Origin: Octopus bimaculoides
Lineage: Eukaryota
DNA: 64,000 nt
Reading direction: 5' to 3'
Assembly: GCF_001194135.2 (NCBI RefSeq)
Contig: NC_068984.1
Coordinates: forward strand, 55,215,184 to 55,279,183
The notes under the pieces were generated by a model. That model was not told the DNA's origin. It worked only from the letters and a program-made list of their open reading frames with translations, and made no database searches. Positions 13,130 to 25,892 of this stretch are shown here, one piece after another. How positions within the stretch are numbered: position 1 is the stretch's first letter; each line of letters begins with the position of its first letter. The position numbers and the translations under genes are program-made.

Positions 13130-15540
13130 AGAGAAAATAGCCAACAAAATATCAAGAATCAAAATAGAACTGTTAAAAGGAAGATACACACAGGAAGCTT
13201 AAATGACGCACATGAAAGAAACAACAAAAAGTGCGCGAAATCAAAGAGCACCAAAAATCAAAAAGATCCTGGCTAAATTTCAAAGAATCCGTTAATAAAA
13301 AGAGCGACAGCAACTCTTTGAGCAAACCGAACAGCTCTACTCCAACATGAAAAGAATTCTATGTAGAATTAGTTAAAATAAAATAGAAATTTATGTAGTG
13401 CCAACAGCGAAAGTAAGAGAAAATTTCTGCGGAAGAGTATGAATTTGTAAATGACTCACTATGGATGAGATCGCTCATACCAAGGAACACATCAATTGAA
13501 CACTGGCAGATGGCCATAACAACAGAATTATCAAAGTCGTATTGCAAAAGAAAAAAGAATGAAAGCACAAGAAAATGATAAATCGCAAACATCTGTTCAA
13601 AATACTAACAGTTACACATAGGGAGCTATCAGCGTTGTTTCATAAGATATTGATAGTGAAGGCGTCAAGACATGTCTACTAAAGGAGGAAAAATATCTTA
13701 ATATCCATGTCTAAACAAACAGCAAGTCATAGAAACGACAGTTCCATAATCTGGTTTCCTGCAGTTTTCGAAGATTTGACAGCAATACTACTACAGAGGA
13801 TAAGCAAATAACTAGACCATGGGATCTTTTTCCAGTAAAGTACAAAAGATATGACAATTGTTCACAATGATGTAAAGATCAATTACTGAAGAATAAAACT
13901 TCTAAGCTGTAAAATGAAAAAGAAGAATCTGAGCTTGACAGAATTGACTACAAAATGTTTGATAATGTTCCCCCTAAAGTTCTAATCCAAGAAATGTTGC
14001 CTATGAGTAAAGTAGTATAAATGATAACCAAATACATAAAATACAACACGAATAAATAACAAACGATTCTTCAGATACAGAGAAAATAACGAATTATTAA
14101 AAGGAGCCACTTCTCTATTAAACGAAACGTATTTCAGGGTGGCTCGTTTCTCTATTTCCCCTCTGCTGGTGCTAATAACTTTAACCAACATCTTTATAAT
14201 TATAAATGATATGGCAGAAGAGGTAATTATTTTTTGTATGGAAGCGATTCATGACGGACTATAGCTATTGCAAACAGTACTTGGTTTGAAATGAGATTCA
14301 GAATACAACAATGCGCCAAGACTACTTTGAAAGAACGTAAATTAATTAAGAGCACTAGTCTCATGCAAAATGAAAAAGGAACGAAACAACAGAAATTGAA
14401 TAATTAGGCGAAACACGCATTTACAAATAGCAATCAGAATACAATGAAAGAATACAATGAGAAAATGAAAGGAAGGTTTAAGAAGGAATATACGCATTAG
14501 AATGATACTTACAGCTTAATGCTCAATACTTAACACTTAAAACATAATATTGAAATCAATACATATGTTTATACTGAAATGTCGTAATAATGGGTAATAA
14601 TAACTATCTGTCCACCCTAACAAATGATACATCTCTAAAAGAATGATACATCTCGAAAAGAAATGAAGACATTCTGCAAATATGAGTTGGAAAGAGAGAG
14701 AATGTAAATGTGGAGAGTGAAAGAAATATAACTAGAAAGTGAAGATTGAAAACAAATAATCCTTATAAAAGCTGCCTTGGGAATGATTATTAAAAGTAGA
14801 AAACAGAAACGTGACAAAAACAGAAAGATATAGAAATACGCAGAGCATAGAGAAAACGGCACTACCAAGTACAGCAAGCATATTACGTAGAGTACTTTAA
14901 ATAGAAAATATACAACCAAGACCAAATATAACACATAAATAAGGTAATCGGAACTATGCTAGTTAGTGCAGTGAAACTATAAAATAATTCTAGAATAAGG
15001 AACATAAAATTAAAATGAAGTCCAAAATCTTGTAAATGAAGTACTGTATATAGTGAAAAGCCAGTCCATGTTCAAACGTTGCATGATTTGGCAGGGTGGA
15101 AGAGAAACTGTGTGGAACCAATAATTACTCAAAAATCGAAGACTAAAGGTGCAAGGCAATGTCTGGTTTTACTGCTCAAGATCACTACTCAGTTGCAAAG
15201 AGCTACAACAAAATAATGAAGCAAATGAGTATTATTAAGTGCAAAGTATTTGATTAACACAACGACACTAGTGACAGCATAATATCTAGCTCTCCAATTG
15301 TTGATAAGTTGGAATATATGCACAAACATGATTTAGATGGTAGATGTATCTCTTAGTGCATAAGACTGGAAAGAGAATACTTACAGTCTTATAAACAACT
15401 CAATTCCTATTAACCAAAATATCGTACACAAGGAAGTCGAGAAACACTTTAAAAGGATATTAAAATGTAATATATTTATCATGAATGTAAACTCCATATC
15501 AATAACTGCAGAACTGGATCCGACAGAGAAGAATATGAAC
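13130..15540 (+). mobile_element. Old, heavily degenerate R4/Dong-type non-LTR retrotransposon (RT to zinc knuckle)
   Basis: Frameshifted motifs occur in the expected order: KILAKFQRIR; RNDSSIIWFPAV..ILTAIL (cf. NYRPITCL..YKILT.IL); CKDQLLKNK (GCKDQLLINK); KNLSL..IDYKMFDNVP (WIDYKKAFDSVPH); KRNVFQGGS (RGIFQGDS); TAQDHYSVAKSY (AAQDQ); DTSDSIISSSPIVDKLEYMHKHD (ETIDHIVSGC..EY..RHD). Confidence 0.8.
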
Positions 15541-16203
15541 AAAATAAATAGATATATAAATAGATAAAAATATATTTAAATAAATAAATACATAAATAAA
15601 TAAAACATTCACGGTTAATTTCTCTTCTTACAATCCAAAATATAGTCACTAACAAAACATCTCATGTAATGTACTTTCTGCATTTCTCAGATAACATTAA
15701 TTCTACACCACGGTTGCTCATAAAAATAACACAGTTCACACATCATATTGACCATAGTAATAGATTGGTGTCTTAATGGTTAGTGACACCTCTCTTCAAA
15801 CTATAGGGAATTTACAAATATTCCTTCTAATTAATGCCAGTCTTCCTGCAACTCCATAACTTGGATCGCAATTCCAATATCTCTCAGACAATTTAACAAT
15901 GGTTTTGTTGTCCCTATGGCAACGGAAATTTCAGTCAAACGTATTAGACTTTCTCAGATTTCAATCGTGCATACTTTCAATCTTTTTTTATTCACGCTTT
16001 ATTTGGTTCTGCCGTTATATGTTAACATCTAAAATTTTAAAATATTAGGCCATTTTACCCTATGATATCTCCCTTGAAAACATACGATCAATTTGCACTC
16101 AGAAATTTTGCAATAACAATTTTTCCCTGACAGGTCTTAACTTGGAATCTAAACTTTCAACTTACCTTCCAGCCTATCTTGTTTTCAATATTGTGTTATG
16201 GTT

Positions 16204-16421
16204 TAAGGCGATGAGCTGGCAGAAACGTTAGCACGCCGGGCGTAATGGTTAGCGGTATTTCGTCTGTCTTTACGTTCTGAGTTCAAATTCCGCCGAGATC
16301 AACTTTGCCTTTCATCCTTTCGGGGTCGATAAATTAAGTACCAGTTGCGTACTGGGGCAGATCTAATCGACTGGTCCCCTCCACAAGAATTTCGGGCCTT
16401 GTGCCTAGAGTACAAAAGAAT
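16204..16421 (+). mobile_element. Best-preserved family A tRNA-derived SINE
   Basis: A-box-like TGGCAGAAACGTTAGC, B-box GAGTTCAAATTCC, central CTTTGCCTTTCATCCTTTCGGGGTCGATAAATTAAGTACCAG (resembles a MetaSINE-type core, from memory), 3' GGGCCTTGTGCCTAGAGTACAAAAGAA. Confidence 0.9.
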
Positions 16422-17640
16422 ATTGTGTTATGGTTTCTTTTATATTATGTCCGTGCATTTTGCAATATTCATATTGTATGGTTGATAAAATCATTAGTTT
16501 TGCTATATGTCTGTTACTTGCTACCCTGCTATCATTATTTTACTAGCCTTTTGCTTGCCATTGCACGGAATCTTCATATCCCACATCAAATCAGCTTTTA
16601 CAACAAGAACCATTCATCTTATGGTTTTCTTCTAATTACCTGACAAACTGTCTACCTAACTCGTATTCATTCCAGTTTTGTATTGTCTTTATTTTATATA
16701 TAATCTTTCATCATTAGCATAATGAAAATACATATTCAGTTGAGCCGTTTTGGTCTGCGGCCCTGTGTCAAGACAGAAGAAACTAAAAAGGAGCGGGGAG
16801 CAGCGAAAGAATATAGAATCGGCTTTGTGAGACATGGACAATGATAGACAATAGTGAAATAAATTGTTTTTGAGCAAAAAAAAGTAAGCGTGCGGTCAGG
16901 GAAATACGAGTATTAAATGTGGATAGATATTGTGAAATGAAATATTTTGGAAATCAGGTGTATGTATATGGCCAACATATATGATAGACAAAGAGAAGGA
17001 AAATGAAATATGTGTGATATTTTATGTGAGTAAATCCGGAGTTAAATGTGTAAGGAAGATAGTGTGAACTTGAATATATACCGTGTGTAAAACAATGTGT
17101 TAGTAGGTAGTGATGAGACGTTTTGATGTATGGAAATACAGATAATGTCGGTGAGAAGTGTACGTGTGTGTGAGCGCGCGGTCATTATATGAGCGTGTGA
17201 GTACAAAAGATGTGATCTATTCACAAATTGCATCTCAGGCTGAAAATGGAAGCTTTTCTGTACTTTCGTGAACTAGTTGTATAATTTGGAAGTGCCGAAT
17301 TGGTGTGGCTAAGTAATTTTGATGATAGGTGACTAAGTTGGCAAGAAAATCTAGGAATCGGACGTATATTTAGTGTTCTAGAGTGATCCTGCATTCTATA
17401 CGGTCTTTTTTCCAATTATCTGGTTACTACTCACCATTTTCGGGGTTTCTTTGTCCCATTATTGCTATTCATTGCTATCTTTATGTTAATAGATGCTTCG
17501 TAACTGTTAATATCCACCTTCTTTTACTCAATAAAGATCGATATTTGTTAATCAGTTTTGAATATTTCTGAGTTCTATATCCCTAAAACGGTGGGCAATC
17601 GTGGTCCAAAACCTAACAGTCATTCTCATTACTATTATTA

Positions 17641-18192
17641 TTGAGTTAGAGAGCAGTGCATGTCATCAAAGTGACATTGGGGTAAAATATACGAAGCCCA
17701 GTGTGCCCATCATGGCTACCCGACTGATAAGGGTACACGAGGCAAATGCATTCCAACAATATGTTCACGGCATGGTGATCTCGTATCAAGATAAACAGTG
17801 CATGACCTTGCAGGTGGAGCCCAGTTAGACTTTTCTTCAGGTCCAGTATCCCATCCGCTCAAAAGGTCACTGGATAAGGGTTTAAAGATGGTGAACGAAA
17901 CACCAATGTTTCCAAAGGTGAATTATCCAAACTCCAAAGAATTCCTCTCACACATGGCTATGATGCTCTCCCACTACTTCTCCTCGTGATCAGAGGTGCA
18001 CGTATCATCAGCCACTAAGGAACATGCTCAACTGGTTAAGGTCAAAACAACTGACAAGCAAATCTATGGTGTTGAGCAGAGTATTCGTTGTAGCCCATCT
18101 TTTATACCATGACAAAGCAAGGTACATGATAACACTTCCAGTCAGTTAAGAACATAAGCCATGTGAGCCACTGCCTGGTACTGTATCAGTGC
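17641..18192 (-). mobile_element. ~550-bp non-coding interspersed element flanked by TTA tracts, copy 1
   Basis: Aligns with 18720-19118. Bounded by TATTATTATT (17632-17641) and (TTA)n 18193-18312. No convincing ORF or tRNA head. Strand is assigned only by the TAA-sense convention. Confidence 0.7.
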
Positions 18193-18232
18193 ATTATTAT
18201 TATCATTATTATTATTATCATTATTATGATTA

Positions 18233-18310
<78 letters not shown>

Positions 18311-18312
18311 CA
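18193..18312. repeat. (TTA)n microsatellite
   Basis: Seen directly. Confidence 0.95.
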
Positions 18313-18610
18313 TGCTAATTTAGTTAGCAGGCATTTTATCTTGAAGTTTAACGACGACAAATCTCCTCAAATTTCAAGAATCTTTCTTAGGATTCTTGCA
18401 GAATAAAGAACGGTACTTTTCTGCAGGTCGTCAATGCGAGTTTCTGTTCCAATTTGTTTTCAGCATTTTGGGTGTTGTGCCAAGTGCACCTATTACTACA
18501 AGAATAATTGTTGTTTTAGTTTTCACAGTCTCTTCAGCTCTCTTACTAGATCCTGATACTTTTCAATTTTTTTTTAGTCTCTCTGGAATCGATTTACCAT
18601 CATAGGGAAC
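18313..18610 (-). mobile_element. R4/Dong-type REL element 3' end
   Basis: The minus strand gives ..IILVIGALGTTPKMLK.IGTETRIDDLQKSTVLYSARILRKILEI, the REL-clade ORF terminus, then a short 3'UTR and (TAA)n. Confidence 0.8.
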
Positions 18611-18719
18611 TGAAAAATCTGTGATCTTACACTATTTGTTTAATTTGTCCTCTATAATCATATCAAGATAAACTATTACCTCAATAATATGGCCAGCCAT
18701 TATAGTGATGTCCCCACAA

Positions 18720-19118
18720 GATCTCATATCAAGATAAACAGCACATGACCAAGCAGGTGGGATCCAGTTAGTATTTTCTTCAGGTTCAATAGCTCATCCT
18801 GTTCAAAAGATCCCTGAATAAAGTTTGTTTAAGGATGATGAACGAAACACCCATGTTTCTAGGGGTGAATTATTCAAACTTAAAAGAATTCCTCTCAATG
18901 CATGGCTATGATGCTCCTCCATTACTCCTACTCGGCATCCACTACGGGACAGGCTCAAATGATTAAAGTCAAGCAATTGGCAAACAAATCTGTGGTATTA
19001 AGCAGAATATTTGCCTTGGCCCAACTTTTATACCAAAACAAAACATATACAAGATAATACCTCCAATCAGTTAGGATCAGAAGCTATGGGAGCCACTCCG
19101 TTGTACTGCATCAAGGCA
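18720..19118 (-). mobile_element. ~550-bp non-coding TTA-associated element, copy 2 (truncated)
   Basis: GATCTCATATCAAGATAAACAG..GAACGAAACACCCATGTTTC..CATGGCTATGATGCTC..TACTGCATCAAGGCATTTATTATT matches 17777-18195. Confidence 0.7.
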
Positions 19119-19209
19119 TTTATTATTATCATTATTATTATTAATATTATTTTAGTTTGTCTCAGGTTCGCTCTTATTCCTTGTAGGGATTATGTGACTA
19201 GCGGGTTAC

Positions 19210-19284
<75 letters not shown>

Positions 19285-19285
<1 letters not shown>

Positions 19286-19785
19286 AGTTTGACTTTTGCT
19301 TTGTATTTGTGCAAGTGGAATCCAAGTCTCAACCAGAGACCTCAAGAGACAACAAGTTAGAAGTTCAAGTTGGTGTCACGCCTAGGGTGTCATATATTTG
19401 GTTTCGCACATAGTATTGTTCTAGAGAATGTTTAAGAATACATAAGAAAATTATAAGTTTGATTTAAAATTTGAGATCACATAAACAGTATTTTACATAC
19501 GATATAGGCAGTTCCCATGAGTACTATCTTTTTAATTTCTGCCATTTTGAGGTTTCCTGGTATGTGAGCTGGGTAGGAAAAAGCCCCTTTTGCTATCATT
19601 CATAGGGTACCTATGACAACAGGTATTGTTTTAGTCTTCAGGTTCCACATTTTGCCAATTTCTATTTGAAGATCTTTATACTTGCTCAGTTTTTGGTAGG
19701 TCTTGACATATACATTTATATCGATTGGGACAGCCATATCGATGAGGAGGCATGATTTTTGTCTGAAGTCTTTCAATATAATGTA
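19285..19785 (-). mobile_element. 5'-truncated R4/Dong-type REL element with 3'UTR, TAA tracts on both sides
   Basis: The minus strand gives ILKDFRQKSCLLIDMAVPIDINVYVKTYQKLSKYKDLQIEIGKMWNLKTKTIPVVIGTL, then IPGNLKMAEIKKIVLMGTAY. TTA tracts lie at 19207-19284 and 19786-19953. Confidence 0.9.
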
Positions 19786-19810
19786 GGTATTATTATTGTT
19801 GCTGTTGTTG

Positions 19811-19954
<144 letters not shown>

Positions 19955-20559
19955 GGGCGGTGAACTGGCGGAAGCATTAGAACGTCGGGCAAAATGCTTA
20001 AAGGCATCTCTTCCTGGCTATTAAGTTTTCAAGCAGCTTCGAACTCTGAATAATTTTCAACAGTCATTTAAGTATAAAATAGCTACTTGTTTTATTAGCA
20101 GAAATTATAACATACTCCTTTACTTCTCTATGATATGTACTAATGGTTACGCTTTGTTGTACCGTGGACAACCGAAATATATCCGGAGTTATCATTCTAT
20201 CCTAAAACTGAACACTCACTCCACAATACAGGCAATGTTTAATTCATTCAACTTAATTATAGTTTCCGGGTTAATTTCCATATTCTTTACTTGTATTAGT
20301 AATTTAAATAATGATTTTTCTCACCAGTAAAGTTGGAATTGTAATTGATTAAAATTTCTTGGCGAATCAACTCAAATATGCAAGTCCATATCTTCGTATT
20401 TAGTTTTCATGTAATATGTTCTCTGCGTATTTTCTTCAATCATTATTAGATTCATTGTCGTTATACGCGCAGGTGTGGCTACAGGGCCATGAACAACCCA
20501 ATAATGATTGTTAAGCGGTGGAGGGCATTTCTAAAACATAGCATTTATTCGTGTTGGCA

Positions 20560-21070
20560 CTAATGATGTTTTTCAAGTATTATTATAACATCGCAATGTC
20601 AGGTTTTGTGGGATCCGTTATAGTTTACTACTCCTTCATATCCACTGAGTCTTAGAGTACACTGTCATTTTTATATTCCGATGAGTTTTGTTTTTGTGTT
20701 ATGCTTTGATGTTTATGTTAGTGTTCATATTGTATCTAATTTTCTATTGCTTCAATTATTGATATTTTCACGTTCCTGCACACCATCTACTAAGGTTTCA
20801 ACATCTTTGTATTTTGACTTATTTTATTTCTTTCCGGGCAATATTTTGAATAGAAGGGTTTGATATGTCTTTTAGAGTACAGATATATCTGTTCTAGACT
20901 TTAATAATTATATTTGGACTATTTCCTTGACATTCTTGATAATATGGCCAGAATTGACTCAGAAGACTGATCGCTGTTATGTACAAAATTTGGTACATAT
21001 TAATGTTACTTATCCGTTTTAGCGTCGATGTTTTGACATAAGACTGAGTGGACATAGCTGTCACCAAGGC
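20560..21070 (-). mobile_element. Degenerate R4/Dong-type fragment (zinc knuckle to REL)
   Basis: Minus-strand remnants DVETLVDGVQERE (cf. ETIDHLVSGC) and TDPTKPDIAM (cf. NKPDIV) occur in the expected order. Confidence 0.45.
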
Positions 21071-21139
21071 CGTGTATGTAAATATCAGTAACTTAATCAG
21101 ATTATTTCCGTAGCCGGTAATAATCTGATTAAATGCTTC

Positions 21140-21330
21140 ATTGTGTTGGCTGCATAGTCTCGACATTTGTTCTAACACTTTACGTTCTCAGTTCAAATCC
21201 TGTCAAAGTTTAGATTGCTTTTTCATTCTTCCGAGGGCGATAAAATATATTACCAATAAAGTATTGAAATCCATGCACACTATTCATTCAGTCATCCAAC
21301 AATTCCGATCTTTTCCCCGTGTTAGCCTCA
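21140..21330 (+). mobile_element. Family A SINE (degenerate)
   Basis: CTTTACGTTCTCAGTTCAAATCC..GCTTTTTCATTCTTCCGAGGGCGATAAAATA. Confidence 0.65.
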
Positions 21331-21599
21331 AAGCTCCCCTTCCTTTCTCTTTCAATTATTAGTTCACATTGACTTTGTTTAACCTGGGGTTAGCTATTAT
21401 GGAACCAATCTGTGATTAAAAACGTTCTAGCAATGACCATTCAGTCTTTTTAAACATTGTTTATCTAAGAATGTTGTTATCCAAAATGTTATTTATTGTC
21501 TTATTTATGTCTGAATTTGTTTAAGGGTCTTCCTGTATGGCATCAGAATATAATTATCATCAATCAAATTAACATTGCTTACTACAGATATTTGTTGCT

Positions 21600-22130
21600 G
21601 CTTTCTTGCTTTAATTTTGCTTCTGACTCGCCCGGATCGAGTATGTATCATTCCAGGTACTGTTAACCTTCCAATGGTTACAGGAACATATCGGGCAGAC
21701 CTTCATTCCTCCAAATATAATATGACTTTTCATACAACGGAGGATCATGCTGTCTGGGCAAAGAGTGAGATAGATACCCTTGTGTCCGCTCAATCAGAGC
21801 TGACCAGAAGTAAAATTAGATGGAGCGTCATACTCTATACTGACAATGTTGCTATTGCTAATTGATTTCATGTTATTCCAGGTCAAGCAAAACTTATGAT
21901 CAAAGATACAATTTAATGTCAGGCTACATTTTTCTGTATGTCTCTTGAGAGTCACATGGTTAATATTTATTGATATTTCTCGCAGGTCAGACACCGTTTC
22001 TTCAGTTTAGGTATGTTGTGCTTCTACTGTCCCGTTTTGGTATTGAATACGTGATGATGGTCAGAGTGGAGGCGGACAAGGTACACTCAGAGTGAGTGCA
22101 ATAGTTATTGCACTTCTGCATTATTACAAT
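21600..22130 (+). mobile_element. RTE-clade LINE 3' region remnant
   Basis: TGTYRADLH..VSAQSELTRSKIRWS..IPGQAKLMIKDTI resembles RTE ETWT.YR..L / SIEA.L...QLRW.GHV / G.P.LRFKD. Confidence 0.55.
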
Positions 22131-23838
22131 TGAGGAGCATCTCAGTGCAGTTTGCATGAATAAAGGAAATACATTAGATGTCCCTGGGTCTCAGTACATG
22201 AGGTTATGCTTCAGAAGGTTGATGCTTGCATAGCGAAGTGTACTTCAATATTATGTACCATTATTCATTTATTTACTTATTTATTTATTTTCTTTTTATT
22301 TATTTTGGTATTGTGATTTGTGTGCAGTTTCGAGTGATGCCAAGTACAATATTTTGTTTCTTCTAGTTCCTTAGGACTTATGAATGAGATTTATGTTTCG
22401 TGTATTTGCTTCTTCTCTTTGGAGTTAAGGTAATTTCAAACATCAAAAATAATGAAACTTTATATTGATGTACCTAACATATCCTTTCCATTTCCGAAAT
22501 GTCTCGGTTGAATCTTACCTCTTGTTTTTCATTGGATCTGACACACATTTCTGGATAGTAATAAAGCGAGAATGCGAGCGGTATGTTTTTTCACTTACAT
22601 TACACATAAAACTAATGGAAAATATGAAACCCGTTTCAAGTATTCATTTATAATTTGATACCGTTATATTTCAAAAGGTTTTCGGACACAAACTTCAGGA
22701 CTTCCAAGTATCGAACCCGATTAAATTGTCCACTTTCATCAACCGTCTAATTAGACGAAACAATCTTCGTAAACAAATGTCAGTTACTTCAATTGTTACC
22801 TCGCTTTCATCGACAAGCTTACGTGATATTTCATATAAAATAATAATATATACTAAGAGCGTAAACGAGAACTCTACTTGGATCCATCATAAGGTTTCTT
22901 ATATATACTTTGGTAAAATACAATTTATTGGTGATTATTTCTTATGCAATAAGTTACATGCGTCAGCTCTGCTACCTTGTACACATAGGAATCATGATTA
23001 TTTTGCAAAGGATCTTTAAATCTAAGTATGTACAGCACATGCCGACAATTTGGGCTCATAAAGATTGGTCGTTTTTAGCAGAGGTTCCATATTTTTATTT
23101 GATTCAGTTAACTGTATAGAAAATTGTATATATGTAGAAATGCAAAGTAATCCACTTTCTCATAATACTGCTTTTATATTTCTCGTTGCAGAATCAATAA
23201 TCTCAAATTTTAGAAGATATCTGTTTTGAATGTAATTCCAATTTCTTCAATTCAACTTTTAATATTTTCCACTAAAGGAGTAGATTTCTTTCTGTAACGA
23301 TTTCTATAACTCATTTCTCTCATAATTTTATAATGTTTTCTTTTAACACATATATACAATAATTGTATACAAGCAAGAAAACGTATTACATATGTGAATA
23401 AGTAAAATATTATAAATACTGGGAGTACTGTGTCATCATAATATCTAAAACGGATATAAAATTTTAATTTTAACTCAATAATTTTTTTAATATATTACCA
23501 GTATATATGTAATTGGAAAAACAGAAATCAAGATTTACAGGAACAACATAAAGCCTTAATTCCATAGCCTCCCAAAGCATCTTCATTGTATGTATACACA
23601 TTACAAAGTAAACCTGTAAGGTACCGCACAAGTGGAAATATATATGAAAGAAGGTTTGAAAATGCAATTTTAAGATGTTTATTGACTTGACCGGTTTCAC
23701 TTTTTATAGAAAAAGATTGTCAAAAGTAAAATGCCTAATTTGCTTACCCTCACATTTGTTTCTATACCCGGTCAACTTTGAATATACTGAGTACTGCTAA
23801 ATGTATTCTATACGGAGAACATCTAGATCTCATCTATG

Positions 23839-23839
<1 letters not shown>

Positions 23840-23931
<92 letters not shown>
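23840..23931. repeat. (TA)n microsatellite
   Basis: Seen directly. Confidence 0.95.
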
Positions 23932-23933
<2 letters not shown>

Positions 23934-25369
23934 ACCGAAACGGGTACTAATAGTTTCATGCTTTTTCGATACTTGAACAGGCATATTGATAAAATGCGCC
24001 ATCTGTTTATGCATTATATATTTTAAAACCAAGGATGCTGGACAGTAAAAATGTAAGAAAAAAAACTGAAAAAACGTGAAGAAAGTCCGTGCCAAAAATG
24101 GAACAGGAAAAAGGAAATGAAAACAAGAAAACTAAGATCTCCCTCCTCCCTGATTGCAGAAAGCTCATTAAATAACAGAAAATATGTCAAAGTTTTCGAG
24201 ACAATAGCACAATCCGAAGCGGTTGGTGCCATCCAATTCGATAAAAGGAACCTGTCCATGTTTCTACACCTACTAAAGTTTTCAGATCTCGAATTAAGCA
24301 GGGTTTTGAAATTGCTGGATCCAAGAAGAATATGAGATCTTTCTGCTACGCAAAAGTTCCATTTCTTAGATCTATTATCTTATGGCTTGGATTACTTCAC
24401 TATTCTCCACTTAAATCTATGTGGTGTAAGGTCGCTCTTTAAATTCCATACGTGGGTAACCAACTTAATTGCATTACTTTTATCGATGTGCCGGAAAGAA
24501 GAGTGGTGGTTTGTATAACGTCGTTTGAATTTGCCCTCACATAACCCAAAGTCATTCTTCTTTTCAATTTGTCTTGGAGCATAGCTGTAACTTCAGCTAC
24601 GTATATGATAGCTAAAACGATTCATCGGTGAACAAATTTCTTTTCACTTCGGTTCTTAGAGTCATTCTCAACACTTTTCATTTTGCGGTTGGGAGGGATT
24701 CATCTACAACAGATATTCAACTACAAAAAATATCATTCCTACAAAATACATTCACCTACAAGAAATATCATCTCTACAATGTATAAGATGCTCTTCAATT
24801 GCTTTACACTTTATTTGACGAATGAGCGTTGATTAAAGTACAGTTACAACAGCGAGTGTTTGAGCATCTCAGTCAATCGAATGTTTACTATGCTTTTAGT
24901 CCTTTATAAACATGATATGCTAATGCGATGGAGTAGCACTGCAGCACCATCAATACTGAACGGCAGAGACATTTGAAGAAGGCATTTATATAATAGACGC
25001 TCATATTAATAACAGACTTGATATAAAACTGATATAATTTTAACTATTTAAATGTACTTAATCTGATAATTGTGTTAGCTGCAAAATACTTAATTTCATA
25101 TGCGAATAAAGGTTTCTGTTGCGAAAGAGAGACAATAACAACATAAATAAAGAGCAGAATAGTGGAAAATACATAACCAGGCAAAATGTAGCCGAACTGT
25201 TATATGCATAAAGAGAATCGAATATCCACTTATATTTGTAATGGATCGAAGCGTTTTATGATATAAAATATCGAATCCCAAAATACAGTTCCACGCATAA
25301 TTATAAAATAAAACACATTCAAGCAACGTTTCTATTTTTAAACTGGGTAAGTGTGCCATTCTCATTATA

Positions 25370-25801
25370 CACAGATACATATATACACACATGTATGTTG
25401 TGCATATATATATATATATATATACATATACACATACATATTGTATGTGTATATATATACAGAGAGAGAGAGAAAGAGAAAGAGAAAGAGAGAGAGAGAT
25501 ACATACATAGCATACACATATTATGTATATGCACCACAATATAATCATAAAAATTGTTTACAATTCACAGCTGATTAATTAGTATTATAGCATTACTAAA
25601 GCTATTGGACCATAAAACCTATGCTCGAGAAACATTGTAAAATTGACATGATTCTCCGATACCATACAACCTAGAAAACAACAGCGAAAAAGGAAGTAGC
25701 ATATAACTACATGGATGAGCACACACACTTGTATAATTATCATTTTACACACACATATACACACACACATATATACACACCCATACAGATACACACATAC
25801 G

Positions 25802-25892
<91 letters not shown>
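25370..25892. repeat. Microsatellite cluster (TA)n, (GA)n, (CA)n
   Basis: Seen directly at 25370-25520 and 25745-25892. Confidence 0.9.

Noticed and set aside
16204-16295. tRNA gene suggested by A and B boxes
   Set aside because: No cloverleaf or acceptor stem, and it continues into a SINE body repeated about 20 times in the window.
21987-22011. 25-nt micro-exon-like segment (TTTCTCGCAG..TTTAG/GTATGT)
   Set aside because: It lies within the RTE remnant and has no supporting neighbouring exons.
22520-22551. Minus-strand 32-nt segment with AG acceptor and GTAAG donor
   Set aside because: Such pairs are expected by chance in 64 kb, and the peptide is unrecognisable.
22744-22757. Perfect 14-bp palindrome CGTCTAATTAGACG
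   Set aside because: A few palindromes with 7-bp arms are expected by chance in 64 kb.
24117-24540. Possible CR1/Jockey-like RT remnant (LSRVLKLLDPRR; ERRVVV)
   Set aside because: The similarity is too weak to call without a profile search.
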